Assembly: GCA_951406725.2 (NCBI GenBank)
Contig: OX597820.1
Location: forward strand, 2,852,001 to 2,916,000
Direction: 5' to 3'
Source: Octopus vulgaris
Taxonomy: Eukaryota
Length of the DNA: 64,000 nt
The notes under the pieces are model-generated. The model searched no databases. It saw only the letters and a list, made by a program, of their open reading frames with translations, and had not been told where the DNA came from. The stretch's first letter is position 1; every line of letters begins with the position of its first letter. Both the position numbers and the translations under genes were made by a program. Shown here in pieces: positions 63,625 through 64,000 of the stretch.

Positions 63625-63840
63625 TCGTTGCCAGTACCGCTTGACTGGTTCCCGTGCTAGTGGCACGTAAAAAGCACCCACTACTCTCTTGGAGTGGTTG
63701 GCATTAATAAGGGCATCCAGCTGTAGAAACTCTGCCAGATCAGATTGGAGCCTGGTGCAGCCATCTGGTTTGCCAGCCCTCAGTCATTCGTCCAACCCAT
63801 GCTAGCATGGAAAGCGGACGTTAAACGATGATGATGATGA
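63625..63840 (+). mobile_element. RTE-tail non-autonomous retroposon
   Basis: Same sequence as about 37905-38125, ends GCGGACGTTAAACGATGATG. Confidence 0.8.
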
Positions 63841-63870
63841 TATATATATATATGTGTGTGTATGTATATA

Positions 63871-63991
63871 TATTATAGTGTGGTATGCCGGTTTATGGGG
63901 TTAGCCCTGGGTTTCTCGCTCATAAGGGGTTTAGCCTTACTGCGCATCTTCATACTCCAAACACCATAAACGGGGCTAAACCACTATAATA
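63871..63991. repeat. Small MITE-like inverted repeat
   Basis: TATTATAGTG...GTTTATGGGGTT pairs imperfectly with AAACACCATAAAC...CACTATAATA. Confidence 0.55.
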
Positions 63992-64000
63992 TCAACTGCT

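Overview
AT-rich, repeat-saturated animal DNA. The tRNA-derived SINE families, dense (AT)n/(GT)n/(TATG)n microsatellites and LINE repertoire suggest an octopod cephalopod (Octopus); this is inference. No intact host protein-coding gene is evident, and almost every meaningful ORF is transposon-derived. The window holds a full-length but disabled Tx1/L1-clade LINE (16673-22024, minus), two near-identical CR1-group LINE copies, R4/Dong and RTE fragments, mariner (DD34D), maT (DD37D) and Chapaev3-like DNA transposon relics, a Helitron Pif1 helicase fragment, hAT-like MITEs, foldback elements and Penelope-type relics with hammerhead-like motifs. A candidate Pol II promoter/first exon lies near 857-987, so the rest of the window may be one large intron. 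Main observation: a closed LINE-SINE circuit. The Tx1 LINE sits inside the tRNA head of a MetaSINE with a 13-bp TSD, and the same SINE carries the 3' tail of this LINE. Two other SINE copies in the window inserted into the same nucleotide position of other SINE copies. This suggests a SINE-targeting Tx1 element that mobilises its own target and can swap SINE tails. SINE and relic boundaries are approximate.
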